IMG/VR virus record: IMGVR_UViG_3300010883_000007
Span: 32,001-96,000 of that record
Reading direction: 5' to 3' (one strand)
DNA from: a virus
DNA length: 64,000 bases
Below are positions 48,251-58,197 of the stretch, one piece after another. The first letter of the stretch is position 1. Every line of letters starts with the position of its first letter. A program made the translations under genes and the position numbers. The notes beneath the pieces were generated by a model. It worked only from the letters and a program-made list of their open reading frames with translations, had not been told where the DNA came from and did no database searches.

Positions 48251-50098
48251 CTACGATGATGTTCCAACGATGTCATGATCTGCAAACTTCAGTTCAAATA
48301 TTGATCCTGGTGGGCCCACAATCATTCGATTCTTGGTCGCGTTCTTAAAGTTGAAGGTTGCAGAGCTGTACTTCCTGCCTGAAATAGTCCCATTGATGGG
48401 TGAAACCTCTAGATTTATGAGTGATACAACACCCGGTGTGTTGATAATAACATTGACGAGATCATCCAGGAGGACAGGTTGGTCTATTTGAAAGTTCTTA
48501 ATATGCAGTACATCGCTTAAACGGGTAATAACCGTTTGTATCAGAGACGACTTGTTACTCCCCGGTGTTGACAGGATTCCAAACTTTACCCCAAAGTTAA
48601 TAATCTGGGCGTCAAGGATGTCCATTGCATCAGAGATAAGACGGAACTCATTTAAGTACAGACTTAAGTTCTGCTTGAGGGAATCCGGACATATGTCTAG
48701 ATCACCATCCTCATTTCTGCTGGCAACAAATAACTGAGTGGAGAGGGGATTTGTGGGATTCTGCCTTATTCCTGCCCGATAGACACGACCGAATCGATTG
48801 GGAAGCGTGTAGATCCTCGATATGAGATCCTGCTTACTCACAATCCTAGATTGCATCTGCTTGGCAGACGGGACTTGTGCTCTTAACTCATCTAGCGTTG
48901 GGGCTCGATCTCCTCCTCGAGCAGGTCCGGCGTTTTTTACGTCGATCGACTCTCTAACGAATGCTGCGTCAGTAATAGAAGGCGCGCGCCGAAATTCCAG
49001 CTTGAGATCACTTACGAATCGAATTGACTCTGCAGCTGCGTTGTGAGAGAGACCGCCACCATACCGGTAGACCACTGTTACTGTTGTATTCTTTGGAGCC
49101 AATCCCAGGGTGTGTGTCTCCAGTAGCGCATTGGGATCTATAGAGAATCTCGAGAACGTCGTCTTACCATATAACTCAAGGGACAACTCGCTGGGATCAG
49201 GTATAATGTCATCATCCAACGAGTCAGTATTTCCCGATCCGAATCTGATCTTTGTCAGTCTGGTGATGGGACTCAACTTTGCGGTAAATCGATAGGGCGC
49301 TGCAGATATCTCTAGATTCATGGGTACCAAAACACCATCCGGGCTCATATTGAGGACACCCTTGAAGATTGTATCCTGTGAGAGCGATTCCACCTGATAG
49401 TACTCATTGCCTTCTGTATCTCTAACAGATATAATGTCTGAGACACTGTCATTCATCAGCACCAGTTCCCGAAATGGCTTGTGTGTGTTGGGAATTGAGA
49501 AAGCCTCAGATGTCTCCACACCTGATACACACAGGCCTGAGCGAATCATAATATAGGTCGCGGGGGACCCGTCGGTATCTGTCGTCTTTGTCAACACTTT
49601 AGCACGAAGATTTCCATCGGAGTCCAGCGCACCGAAGTCGAGATCTTCTGTCAAATTAAACTGGAGGTCGGCATCTGACCTTAGTACTGTTCCCTGGCGT
49701 ATTATGGGTAGTGCTGAAGTCTTTGGTACATACTTTCCGCTGGAGATTCTCGTTGAGGGCACTACAATGTAAAAGTTGACCCTCACTGAGGCAGGGCTTG
49801 CGCCCACGATCTTAACACCGGCGTTTCTCAGGTGATTGACAATATTAGATGACTCGACCGCGGTCAGAGGATTCAGCTCCCCAAACTGGTGATCCAAATA
49901 GAATGACATCGTGTCGCCGACCATCGATGCCATGTCCAGAAACAGGCCACCTAAGCTGGCTTCAGAGAAATCCTGAATCTTATCGGGAAAATACGTACGA
50001 GCATAATTCAGGAGCTCAGCGCGAAAGGCATTAAAGTCCTTTGCGAGAAAGCTCCTGTTCCTCTCTTTTTTTAGCTTCTTCTTAATGTCAATTGCCAT
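48251..50098 (-). CDS. Baseplate wedge subunit (T4 gp6 / baseplate J-like)
   Basis: KDFNAFRAELLNYARTYFP...DFSEASLGGLFLDMASMVGD.MSFYLD; IRFGSG; YRYGGG; GGDRAPT..ELR...Q.RIVS..D. Confidence 0.9.
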   Translation of the reverse strand: MAIDIKKKLKKERNRSFLAKDFNAFRAELLNYARTYFPDKIQDFSEASLGGLFLDMASMVGDTMSFYLDHQFGELNPLTAVESSNIVNHLRNAGVKIVGASPASVRVNFYIVVPSTRISSGKYVPKTSALPIIRQGTVLRSDADLQFNLTEDLDFGALDSDGNLRAKVLTKTTDTDGSPATYIMIRSGLCVSGVETSEAFSIPNTHKPFRELVLMNDSVSDIISVRDTEGNEYYQVESLSQDTIFKGVLNMSPDGVLVPMNLEISAAPYRFTAKLSPITRLTKIRFGSGNTDSLDDDIIPDPSELSLELYGKTTFSRFSIDPNALLETHTLGLAPKNTTVTVVYRYGGGLSHNAAAESIRFVSDLKLEFRRAPSITDAAFVRESIDVKNAGPARGGDRAPTLDELRAQVPSAKQMQSRIVSKQDLISRIYTLPNRFGRVYRAGIRQNPTNPLSTQLFVASRNEDGDLDICPDSLKQNLSLYLNEFRLISDAMDILDAQIINFGVKFGILSTPGSNKSSLIQTVITRLSDVLHIKNFQIDQPVLLDDLVNVIINTPGVVSLINLEVSPINGTISGRKYSSATFNFKNATKNRMIVGPPGSIFELKFADHDIVGTSS

Positions 50099-50110
50099 GT
50101 TAACACCTTA

Positions 50111-50599
50111 TCAGACTGAGTACAGCACAACCTCTATGGCGCGCTTCTTTGATTCAAGTTTTGGAATCTTGTAGGTCACCCTGATTCCTATCTTAGCTAT
50201 ATCCTTATCATTCTTCAAGACGAGAGGTTCAAAATTCTCCAGAGAAATGAATGACATGTACTTCTTTGTTGTTCTAGTAATCCTTCTCATCGCCTCAGTG
50301 TCACCGTCTTCAGTCCCCATCTCAAATGTGAGCTCTGTGAGATTTGCCCCGAAGTCGTACATCCCAAACCTATCCCCATGATTTGTCATAATCAGATTTC
50401 GAAAATTATCGGCGAGCTGATCCTGTAGATTCTTGTGCATCTTAAAGAGGCCCTCGTGATCGGATCCCATCTGTAGAGGTGTCGCGATTCCCACAGGCTG
50501 AGCTCGGTCTGCGAGCTCAGCTGTACGACGTCTCTGAAAGTCAGTATCCAGTTCTCCAACGCTACTAAAATCGTATTTTTTTAGGTATGACATAGACAA
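50111..50599 (-). CDS. Baseplate gp25/GPW-like protein (sheath initiator)
   Basis: QLADNFRNLIMTNHGDRFGMYDFGANLTELTFE. Confidence 0.85.
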   Translation of the reverse strand: MSMSYLKKYDFSSVGELDTDFQRRRTAELADRAQPVGIATPLQMGSDHEGLFKMHKNLQDQLADNFRNLIMTNHGDRFGMYDFGANLTELTFEMGTEDGDTEAMRRITRTTKKYMSFISLENFEPLVLKNDKDIAKIGIRVTYKIPKLESKKRAIEVVLYSV

Positions 50600-50617
50600 T
50601 ACACCTCTCGCTTAAGG

Positions 50618-50625
50618 CTAAGTAT
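50618..50625 (-). promoter_or_regulatory. Candidate late promoter ATACTTAG upstream of gp25-like gene
   Basis: Intergenic, at the head of the baseplate operon. Confidence 0.55.
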
Positions 50626-50659
50626 AGCCAGACTGAACTTGTCAGTGCACCTGTTTGTC

Positions 50660-51766
50660 CTAGAAAGGCAGCACTAAGGGTATCATTCCTCCAATTCTCA
50701 GATCAACAGGAGGCACGTGAGCAGCGCCCCAAGCGAAAATAGCCTTTGCCATGGGATCCTTAAGCATTGATACCGACGTCAGGCTGCTAGGTGACACGAT
50801 AACCAGGGGAGATCCTGGAACGGGTGGTACAGACATTAGAGTAGCTGATCCCTGCATCTGCTTCGTCTGGATCTCTGTTAAAACATCCAAACTTAAACCG
50901 AGGAGAATTAGGGTGTAGGCCAAGATAATATTAGCAATTGACATGGCAGCTGCAGCAATTGCAGCCGGAACAGCATGGGGTGGTAATTCCTCCACAGACG
51001 CAATGAGCTCATCGATCTTCGAGTGATTGATGGGACCCCAGCCCAAGCAATCCAGGATAAGTGGCAAGCCCAGGCCCAAGACAATTGCAGGTGCTGGAAT
51101 GGGAGGGATGGGCATCACCAGGTATGACAGACGAAGGAGTGGTCCTATTATCTTCTCAAGACACTCAAGAGGCGCCACATCGTCAACAGAACCCTCCGGG
51201 TCAACAAGCATCATTACCTTGACAAAGGGCATGAGAGGAATCACAGGCAAGTTCATGGGATCATCCGGAATAGGAACCCCTCCTGACAGGACTACAGCCT
51301 CATTTACCTTGGCCTGGATCGCATTGAAAAAATCCTCTCCACCGTCCTCAAGAACCTCTCCGGCGCACTCCAGAACAGCAGGTAATAGTATCTTAGGATC
51401 TCTAGGGTCGTCCTCAGGACCTATGGCATTCAACTTCTGAAAGACACACTTGAGAATATCCGTCGCGTCGTCTTGAGACATACCCGGCATGGTTGCTAGC
51501 CTGTTAGAAACATACACCAGAGCCCCGTTACCCATGACTGCCACAGACGAGGGTGTTCCACTGCCGTCTGATGCATTACTAACTGCTCCTGCAGATAGGG
51601 CTGCTGCAGCATCTTGCTCCTGCTGGCTTAGATCCCTATTATCTGGTGGACCGGTGTTCTGGAAAGCAGCAGTGTCAGCCTGGATTATCTCCTGGGCTGT
51701 TTTAGCACCACTTGTGTCTGAAGACTTTAAGTGTTTTAGATGCTCAGGTATCTGATTAACTGGCAT
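50660..51766 (-). CDS. Hydrophobic, Pro-rich hypothetical protein directly downstream of the spike gene
   Basis: 368 aa with several long apolar segments (e.g. AIAAAAMSIANIILAYTLILLGLSL). Confidence 0.65.
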   Translation of the reverse strand: MPVNQIPEHLKHLKSSDTSGAKTAQEIIQADTAAFQNTGPPDNRDLSQQEQDAAAALSAGAVSNASDGSGTPSSVAVMGNGALVYVSNRLATMPGMSQDDATDILKCVFQKLNAIGPEDDPRDPKILLPAVLECAGEVLEDGGEDFFNAIQAKVNEAVVLSGGVPIPDDPMNLPVIPLMPFVKVMMLVDPEGSVDDVAPLECLEKIIGPLLRLSYLVMPIPPIPAPAIVLGLGLPLILDCLGWGPINHSKIDELIASVEELPPHAVPAAIAAAAMSIANIILAYTLILLGLSLDVLTEIQTKQMQGSATLMSVPPVPGSPLVIVSPSSLTSVSMLKDPMAKAIFAWGAAHVPPVDLRIGGMIPLVLPF

Positions 51767-53389
51767 CTACTTCACCTTTGCGACGGAGCTCTTGAAGTTA
51801 TCCAACGATGCAGCCAGGGTCTCACACGCTACCTTGAGGTTAACCAGAGGGAATCCCTGGTTTCCCATCTCGTTCTTAGCTGTGTCACAGAATGTCTTGA
51901 GCATATCTGCCAACGTGTCACCCAGTACAACCGGCTCCTCGGCTGCTTCACCGAGAAATATCTGTCCGTCTCTGCCATCTCCAATTACAATTGTCTTCGC
52001 ATCAATGAGAAGCTTGCCACCCGGAAGAAGAACTATCGCGCAGATGTCCTCTGCCTTCTCATCCTGTCGAATGATGCGTATTGATCCTTCTTCCTTTGGA
52101 ATCTCACCCCAGTCTCCCGACTCCTCCTTAGAGTTTCTGGCAACGATTCTCACCTGATTCGACTTGGCAATAATGTAGGGTTGTCCATCGACTGCCTTTA
52201 CATTATGTTCGTCCTTCATAAAACCCGGGGTCATCCCGTCCAGGTCGAAGTTCTTGTCCCCGTCTGTGTTCATAGAGATATACACCCGGGCAGCGTCGTG
52301 CATAAAGTCCGGGTCGCCCTCAGCTGGATGAGAGAGGCGATTTTCCTCGTGGTCTCCCCTCTTACTTCCTCCGCCGAGGGCGCTGTCATCACCGTTTGCA
52401 GTCGGATTCTTGTCTGTCTCGAATGTGTCTCTTGCGTTCTTGATCGCCCTAGGGCGTGTCTCCCGAAGAGGTTTCTTCTCATCCGGGTCACCAAAATATC
52501 TTCCGCGGCCGGCTACGAGGTCGATTGTTCCGGAGAAAGCCCGTGGTGGTGTGTCCTCGGGATCTGTAGCATTCGACTTTGTGCCGTCCGGGCGATCGGT
52601 AACCCCCCAACCGCGGTCTTGGCCGAGGCAGATCAGGGCGTTGTTCGACCCCTGAAGAACTAGATCCCCGGGGCGGCTGGTGAATCGAGGCACAGGCTCC
52701 GGCAGAAAGGACTTGCCTGCCAGTGAGCCCGTAAAGATCATCTCGTATGCTTCAACTTCAGACAGGGTAGTCGTATCTTTCGTCTCGGCCGGACCATTGG
52801 GAAAGCCGGGGATAAAGGGTGACTCTAGTCCCTCATCAGCCCCCTCGTCTGCATCATCCTCGGTCTCGCCGGCGTCTTCCAACGCCTTAGCTGCATCACT
52901 AGTGTCTTGGTCCTGCTTACCCACGTTAAGCTCGAACTTCCGGTCGCCGTGAGTGTAGTTAACGTCATCGACAAAGTTGGCCTCTGTAATTCGACACATC
53001 CAGTAACCTACACTCTGGGGTACATCCAGGGATTCCAGGAGTACCCAGATTTGTTCCCCCTGCTTAACAGGTAGTGTTAAGTGGGGTGGAAAGAAGGGGT
53101 AGCACAGAAGATCACCAGCTGAACTCTTGTCTGCAGCATTCGTGTAGATTCTGGCAATTATTGAATTCCTGGGTGCTGACTGTAGCTTGGTGGGGTTAGT
53201 GAGGGACTTGGCCAGCTCATCCAACTCCTCCGGTGTTCGAAGGGAAGTATCACTCAAGATCTCGACAACGACAGCGCGCTGGAGAATATTGATGGGAGCA
53301 GCAGTCTGCAGAGCTGTCAGCTCTTCGGATATATCCCGGACGCCGGCAGCCATCTGGCGGACAGCATCTACGCCCTGGCCGCTTCCCAT
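51767..53389 (-). CDS. Baseplate hub/central spike (gp5/VgrG-like), no lysozyme domain recognised
   Basis: OB-fold-like CYPFFP.H..LPVK.GEQIWV...GYW; PGDLVLQGSNN..I.LG; C-terminal IFLG...EPVVLGDTL. Confidence 0.7.
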   Translation of the reverse strand: MGSGQGVDAVRQMAAGVRDISEELTALQTAAPINILQRAVVVEILSDTSLRTPEELDELAKSLTNPTKLQSAPRNSIIARIYTNAADKSSAGDLLCYPFFPPHLTLPVKQGEQIWVLLESLDVPQSVGYWMCRITEANFVDDVNYTHGDRKFELNVGKQDQDTSDAAKALEDAGETEDDADEGADEGLESPFIPGFPNGPAETKDTTTLSEVEAYEMIFTGSLAGKSFLPEPVPRFTSRPGDLVLQGSNNALICLGQDRGWGVTDRPDGTKSNATDPEDTPPRAFSGTIDLVAGRGRYFGDPDEKKPLRETRPRAIKNARDTFETDKNPTANGDDSALGGGSKRGDHEENRLSHPAEGDPDFMHDAARVYISMNTDGDKNFDLDGMTPGFMKDEHNVKAVDGQPYIIAKSNQVRIVARNSKEESGDWGEIPKEEGSIRIIRQDEKAEDICAIVLLPGGKLLIDAKTIVIGDGRDGQIFLGEAAEEPVVLGDTLADMLKTFCDTAKNEMGNQGFPLVNLKVACETLAASLDNFKSSVAKVK

Positions 53390-53395
53390 AGTCTG

Positions 53396-53767
53396 TTACT
53401 CCCCTGAGCCTATCTTTTCGAATAATTCATTAGGATCGATCTTTGCATCATAATCCTGAGCCTTCGCGATGAGCTCGGCTAGCCTGAGAATCTGCTCGTT
53501 CGACTTACACATTCGCTCCAGGTACTTCGACATCACAGACCCTAGAGTTACATGCTCTGAAGCGCCTCCCGTCATCTGCTTCCACGCGTCGGTAAAGAGC
53601 AACGACGCGTTCTCCCGATCTAGCAGGGCGTTCTCGTATATCTCCTTCCACAGGAGCTTCTTCTTCTCCTCTGTTGAGGAGAGATGTTCCAGGATGTCAG
53701 CGAAGCGCTCGATCTTCTTGTCAGCCTTACTCATCTTATCCATCATATCGCTTAGTGCTTTGGACAT
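53396..53767 (-). CDS. Small helical protein, possibly terminase small subunit-like
   Basis: Likely start MSKALSD at 53767; all-helical pattern LWKEIYENA...KYLE...SNEQILRLA. The TerS idea is weak. Confidence 0.5.
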   Translation of the reverse strand: MSKALSDMMDKMSKADKKIERFADILEHLSSTEEKKKLLWKEIYENALLDRENASLLFTDAWKQMTGGASEHVTLGSVMSKYLERMCKSNEQILRLAELIAKAQDYDAKIDPNELFEKIGSGE

Positions 53768-53777
53768 ATTTGCTATC

Positions 53778-54512
53778 CTAAAAGAGGGTGTACTTGGCGT
53801 CGGGACCGACGAGTCTTCGATAGTGCTTTCGTATTGAAGACATCGCGACTGAAAGCTGCTTGGGTGACAGGCCTGATATATCACGAACATAGATTAGGAC
53901 TGCCCGCTTGTTTAAAAAGTCCAGGTCGTCAATATTCTTGAAGACAGTAATTACTGCGCTAATACAGGTCTTCTCTGTCTCACTAGTCACTAAACCGGAG
54001 ATTTCCTTCAGTACTGCCTGAATCTCGTCCTTCAGGCCGGCGCGAATGAGTATTTCATCAGGAGCGGGAATTACATCGTGTGACTCAAAGATAGCCTTTT
54101 GACGCATTGTCATTCCGTGGGGATTGTCGATACTCACATGGCGCTTAACCCGCTTTCTCTGCTGCCTGGACCTGATTATCAGCCAGTTCTTGGCCACTAC
54201 GTTGAAGTATGAGAAAGCCTTTGTGCCTCGTTCGGGTTTCCACTTGTGTATGGACTCGTAGAGAAAGGAGACACAATCTGTCTTAAGGTCACTAAACGTA
54301 TCATACGGTGTTTTAAATCCGTATACGAAAATGAGGTTCTCTACCAGTTTCTCAAAGGCAGGCTGAATCTCAGCAAGATACCTCTTTGTCTTATCATCCA
54401 TCACCTCTAGTGTCTGATAATCAATTATTGCTGCCTGGGTATCCATGGTGAAGTACATATTACGTGTCTTCCCAGGATTTCGCCGTATCTTTCTTTTAAC
54501 TCGCCTAGCCAC
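53778..54512 (-). CDS. Late-transcription sigma factor (T4 gp55-like)
   Basis: Region-2-like AFEKLVENLI...DLKTDCVSFL...WKPERGTKAFSYFNVVAKNWL. Confidence 0.8.
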   Translation of the reverse strand: MARRVKRKIRRNPGKTRNMYFTMDTQAAIIDYQTLEVMDDKTKRYLAEIQPAFEKLVENLIFVYGFKTPYDTFSDLKTDCVSFLYESIHKWKPERGTKAFSYFNVVAKNWLIIRSRQQRKRVKRHVSIDNPHGMTMRQKAIFESHDVIPAPDEILIRAGLKDEIQAVLKEISGLVTSETEKTCISAVITVFKNIDDLDFLNKRAVLIYVRDISGLSPKQLSVAMSSIRKHYRRLVGPDAKYTLF

Positions 54513-54834
54513 TTATGATCTCCTCGAAATCTGATCCGGTTTCTTCGACGGCCTCTTCGTCCACGGCTGCTAGAGTTCTTGCTATCAAGAGAATCTCATC
54601 TCGGCACACCCGGACATCCTGTAGGACTGTCCTAATCTCATTACTATCGTAATACAAGGGAATCTGGAGTATCTTACCAATTGATTTATAACGATCATCA
54701 AGCACATCCAGTGACCCCTCTATGGCATCTTGCACTGCTAGAATGATAAGACCAAACCTAATTGCATAGAAACACGTCACCCCTAGAAGCACTAGTAGTC
54801 CAATAATTATGTATGTACTAATATCAAGCATCAT
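54505..54834 (-). CDS. Small membrane protein (N-terminal TM helix, acidic tail)
   Basis: YIIIGLLVLLGVTCFYAIRFGLIILAV hydrophobic stretch. Confidence 0.65.
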   Translation of the reverse strand: MMLDISTYIIIGLLVLLGVTCFYAIRFGLIILAVQDAIEGSLDVLDDRYKSIGKILQIPLYYDSNEIRTVLQDVRVCRDEILLIARTLAAVDEEAVEETGSDFEEIISG

Positions 54835-56012
54835 TCTTCTTCTATCAATTTAGCCAGATTTTTTTCGTACACTAAGCGGATGCTCTCGTAGCTGTGACTC
54901 TCACGAAGTGAGTCCCTTAGCTTCAGGGCCCATTGCCTGGGAATCTCGGACTTTTTATAGAATGTCCTCAGCTTCTTCTTGGCATCTGCCTCCACTGGAT
55001 TAGCCCACTTAGAATTCTCAACAAAAATATGATTGTCAACACGTGATGGGTGTATCTTGTTTAGGGAGTAGTTCACACCAATGAATTTGCCCTGGCGCAT
55101 AAAATCCATGTGTCCAGACCAGGCTGTGGCTATAACCGGTAGGCCGGATGCTGCAGCCTCTAGAATCGGTAGACCGAAGCCCTCACCACGGGTAAGTGTC
55201 ACCATAGCTTTTATCTTCTGATGACGATAGAGCGCAGCTACCTGATCATCGTCCATATGACCGTGAAGTAGGTATACCTTGGGATACTCCCCACGGCGGA
55301 CTTCCCTAACCACTTGGGAGAATATCTTCTCTGTGATAATTCTATCTATCTTGGTCATCCTTCCGGAGTTAGACTTCACAACAATGCCCACATCGGAATC
55401 AGTGCTAAATTCTTCGCAGATCCACTTAAGCGTGTAGAAGAGGTTCTTTCGATCATTATCTGGGTTATTGCCGGTAAGCTGACCAAAGAGTAGAAAATTG
55501 AATTCAGACTTCAAGTTTAAGTCTAGCTTTGGAAGCTCATTATCATCGAAACTACAGGCGTCGTGAAAGGCTTCTGGTATCACAATAATTGGAACACTAA
55601 GATTCCCTGGCGACTTGAGAACCTTCTTAGTATGCTCTGACGGAACTACTACAGCTGTCATCCTATTACATGCTTCTACCCACTCGGGATGACACCTGTC
55701 TGTCTCCACAGCTGCTGTGATCCCTATATTAACTCTGGCCAGTTCGGGATCCCACTCGTTAGGAAGCTGGATCTGGAGAGACACGTCATAGGGCGCGCCC
55801 TCTTTTGGCTCATGAAGCGATAATTTCATAATCTCACCCACTAGGCCCCCGAGATTCGAAGGATTTGTGTGCCACGGTGTGATCCCCCATGGAAGTAGCT
55901 GTGTTCGGACTTGGAAGTCTTTTCTAGAAAGTGCCCACCGCACTACCTGTCTGGAGTGTACACCATACCCAGACATTGTTAGAAGCGGACCTCGGACAAC
56001 AACACTTTTCAT
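54831..56012 (-). CDS. Glycosyltransferase, GT4 family
   Basis: SGYG..SR at the N-terminus; RKN; EGFGLPILEAAASGLPVIAT; start MKSVVV at 56012. Confidence 0.9.
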   Translation of the reverse strand: MKSVVVRGPLLTMSGYGVHSRQVVRWALSRKDFQVRTQLLPWGITPWHTNPSNLGGLVGEIMKLSLHEPKEGAPYDVSLQIQLPNEWDPELARVNIGITAAVETDRCHPEWVEACNRMTAVVVPSEHTKKVLKSPGNLSVPIIVIPEAFHDACSFDDNELPKLDLNLKSEFNFLLFGQLTGNNPDNDRKNLFYTLKWICEEFSTDSDVGIVVKSNSGRMTKIDRIITEKIFSQVVREVRRGEYPKVYLLHGHMDDDQVAALYRHQKIKAMVTLTRGEGFGLPILEAAASGLPVIATAWSGHMDFMRQGKFIGVNYSLNKIHPSRVDNHIFVENSKWANPVEADAKKKLRTFYKKSEIPRQWALKLRDSLRESHSYESIRLVYEKNLAKLIEEE

Positions 56013-56013
56013 C

Positions 56014-57267
56014 CTATATCTCCCTGATTGACCACGCTTCTCGGCGTTGTCGCTCTGGCCACTCCTCAATTAGCTTCACTAATGAATTGTGCCACATATC
56101 AATTGTGTCATTAATTGCGAACTCGGACAGGGCATAGTCACGTGCCTTTTGTCCGAGCTCTGACCTGCCATCTGGGCCCATATTGTATAGCTTGAGGAAG
56201 CCGGCGGCTACTGTCTCAACAGATGTGTACTCCTCATAAATGTACGGGACCTGTTGTGAACCTACCATTGTCTTAAACTCAATTGGAAGGGCCACACCGT
56301 TCTCGGATCCGTCGCGGTGGTCTACAACTTGGCGAGTCAGTCCGCCTGTACAAGTGGCAATAATGGGCTTTCCGCACTGCATGGACTCTAGGGTTGATAG
56401 CCCGAATCCCTCAGCATAGCTCATCTGAATACAGCAGTCAGTGATATTGTGGAGAACATTCATCCTCTCAAACTCGACCCTGTCCGGGGAGAAGACCACG
56501 CTGTCAACAATTCCCAACATCTCCGCTGTCACCAGTAAATTGGGACCCTCGTTATCCTGGGGCTGTGTGTGAAGGAGGAGTGTTGCCTTTCGGTGACCAT
56601 GCTCTTTCTCAAGCTTGTCCAAAAATATCTTCCATGCCCAGAGAAGATCGTTGGGTCGTTTGCGCTTAGCGTTTCTATTAACCCAAAAGGCGACAAAGTG
56701 ATCCTGCCTCTCTGGACCCAGAATCTCAGTCTTGTACCTTGCAATATCCTGTGGGTTCAGAGGAAAGAATAGATCCTGGGGAAGAGCATGGGGAATGAAG
56801 TTGGTCTTCTCAGGAAACCACTTGCTTACAAAATCATATGTCAGATGTGAGTGGCAATTAATTAGATCTGTGGACTCATACAACACCTTATTATACTCTG
56901 GCGCCGGATAATTGTCCCAGACATGCCAATATGCTATAGGGCATACCTGATGTACCTCATCCTCCATCTCCCATAGCCAGACAAAGAATCTTGGATCTGT
57001 GAATATCAGGAGAACATCGGGCTGCTCCTGAGCCAATGTTGTCATAAGCATCTCTCGGCTGCCAAAGCCATCGATGGGCTTTATGATAAAGTCATCATTG
57101 ATCACCACAACACGGTAATCATCATGCTTTATTGCAGCGCCGAACTGCCTGACTGACCAAGTCCCTTTCTCTATCAGACCGTTGATCAAAAATCTGCTCT
57201 GGCAACCCACTCCGGAGCTGCTAAGGGCATGGTCCGAAAGCATCAATATTTTCTTCTTCTGCGTCAT
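56014..57267 (-). CDS. Glycosyltransferase, GT4 family
   Basis: NRNAKRK; EGFGLSTLESMQCGKPIIAT. Confidence 0.9.
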   Translation of the reverse strand: MTQKKKILMLSDHALSSSGVGCQSRFLINGLIEKGTWSVRQFGAAIKHDDYRVVVINDDFIIKPIDGFGSREMLMTTLAQEQPDVLLIFTDPRFFVWLWEMEDEVHQVCPIAYWHVWDNYPAPEYNKVLYESTDLINCHSHLTYDFVSKWFPEKTNFIPHALPQDLFFPLNPQDIARYKTEILGPERQDHFVAFWVNRNAKRKRPNDLLWAWKIFLDKLEKEHGHRKATLLLHTQPQDNEGPNLLVTAEMLGIVDSVVFSPDRVEFERMNVLHNITDCCIQMSYAEGFGLSTLESMQCGKPIIATCTGGLTRQVVDHRDGSENGVALPIEFKTMVGSQQVPYIYEEYTSVETVAAGFLKLYNMGPDGRSELGQKARDYALSEFAINDTIDMWHNSLVKLIEEWPERQRREAWSIREI

Positions 57268-57300
57268 ACTTGGTACTTCACTCCATCAATGGACCTACCA

Positions 57301-57329
57301 ATCATAACAAACGGAAGATATCAGTAAAA
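57301..57329 (-). promoter_or_regulatory. Extended -10 sigma70-type promoter for the GT4 pair
   Basis: TTTTAC-17 nt (ending TGT)-TATGAT in the intergenic gap. Confidence 0.45.
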
Positions 57330-57339
57330 GCTAGTCTGC

Positions 57340-58191
57340 TCAGGGACAGGCAGGTGTGTTCTTAAACTCACAAAATCTGCACGACTGGCGATTCTTGAGA
57401 GTGATACCTTTTTGTAGACCCCAGATCATATTATTTACCATCTTATTGGCCTTGTCCAAAGTCTTAGGTCCTGTGGACACTTCAAATAAACTGCAGACAT
57501 TCGGCCCACTGGATCCTCTCTTGAGGAGAATGAATCCTGTCTTGACATCTTTGAGGGGAATGTTATTCTTCTCAGCCCAGTAACTCTTGTAGAGCGCAAT
57601 CTGAGCAAGTGTCAGAAAGTCCTGTTTCTTCTGCCGATGCCAGCCTCGAGGGCTCGCGGTCTTCCAGTCGAGGATCCAGTACTTCATCTGGCCTCGCTTA
57701 TTCTTAGCTTTGAGGACTACATCAATATAACCCTTAAAGGTCACAGCCTCATTGTCTTTGATAGACTCGTAGAGTGGCTCCTCCGCGCTGACACACTCCC
57801 ATCCAGGGAACTCTGTGTCTAGAAAGCCGGACACTTCACTGAGTGTATCTTTAGCCCACTGGATCCAATTCTCAACAGGATCATGCTTATATGTCCAACC
57901 CTGGTTTCGCGCTTCACGCTGGCGCCTCTTAACGAACTCTTCCTCATCAAACCCATGTGTTTCCCACGCAGCCTCGATAGCGTCAATCGCCGGCTGGGGA
58001 TCCATAACTCCAGTCTTGAGAAACGACTCACAGCACTCATGAATAGCAGTACCATAATCTAGATAGGGAGAGGCAATATCCTGTCCGAGCTTGTCGATGT
58101 ATAGCAGCTTGTGCTTCCATGGACACTCCTTCCAGTTCTTCACCTCAGAGTAGGATACATGAGCTTTACCGGTAGGTAGTAATGAGTTCAT
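57340..58191 (-). CDS. Solo Cas4/AddB-like PD-(D/E)XK exonuclease with 4-Cys cluster
   Basis: SYS......CP, YGTAIH, E..L...GYID...ILDWKT, Q..LY, CRFC.....CP; start MNSLLP at 58191. Confidence 0.88.
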   Translation of the reverse strand: MNSLLPTGKAHVSYSEVKNWKECPWKHKLLYIDKLGQDIASPYLDYGTAIHECCESFLKTGVMDPQPAIDAIEAAWETHGFDEEEFVKRRQREARNQGWTYKHDPVENWIQWAKDTLSEVSGFLDTEFPGWECVSAEEPLYESIKDNEAVTFKGYIDVVLKAKNKRGQMKYWILDWKTASPRGWHRQKKQDFLTLAQIALYKSYWAEKNNIPLKDVKTGFILLKRGSSGPNVCSLFEVSTGPKTLDKANKMVNNMIWGLQKGITLKNRQSCRFCEFKNTPACP

Positions 58192-58197
58192 AAACCT

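Noticed and set aside
54505-54834. Small TM protein as holin or spanin
   Set aside because: No endolysin or lipoprotein partner nearby; only the hydrophobic helix is supported.
57340-58191. Cas4-like gene as part of a CRISPR-Cas locus
   Set aside because: No repeat-spacer array or other cas genes are visible; solo Cas4-like nucleases are common in phages.
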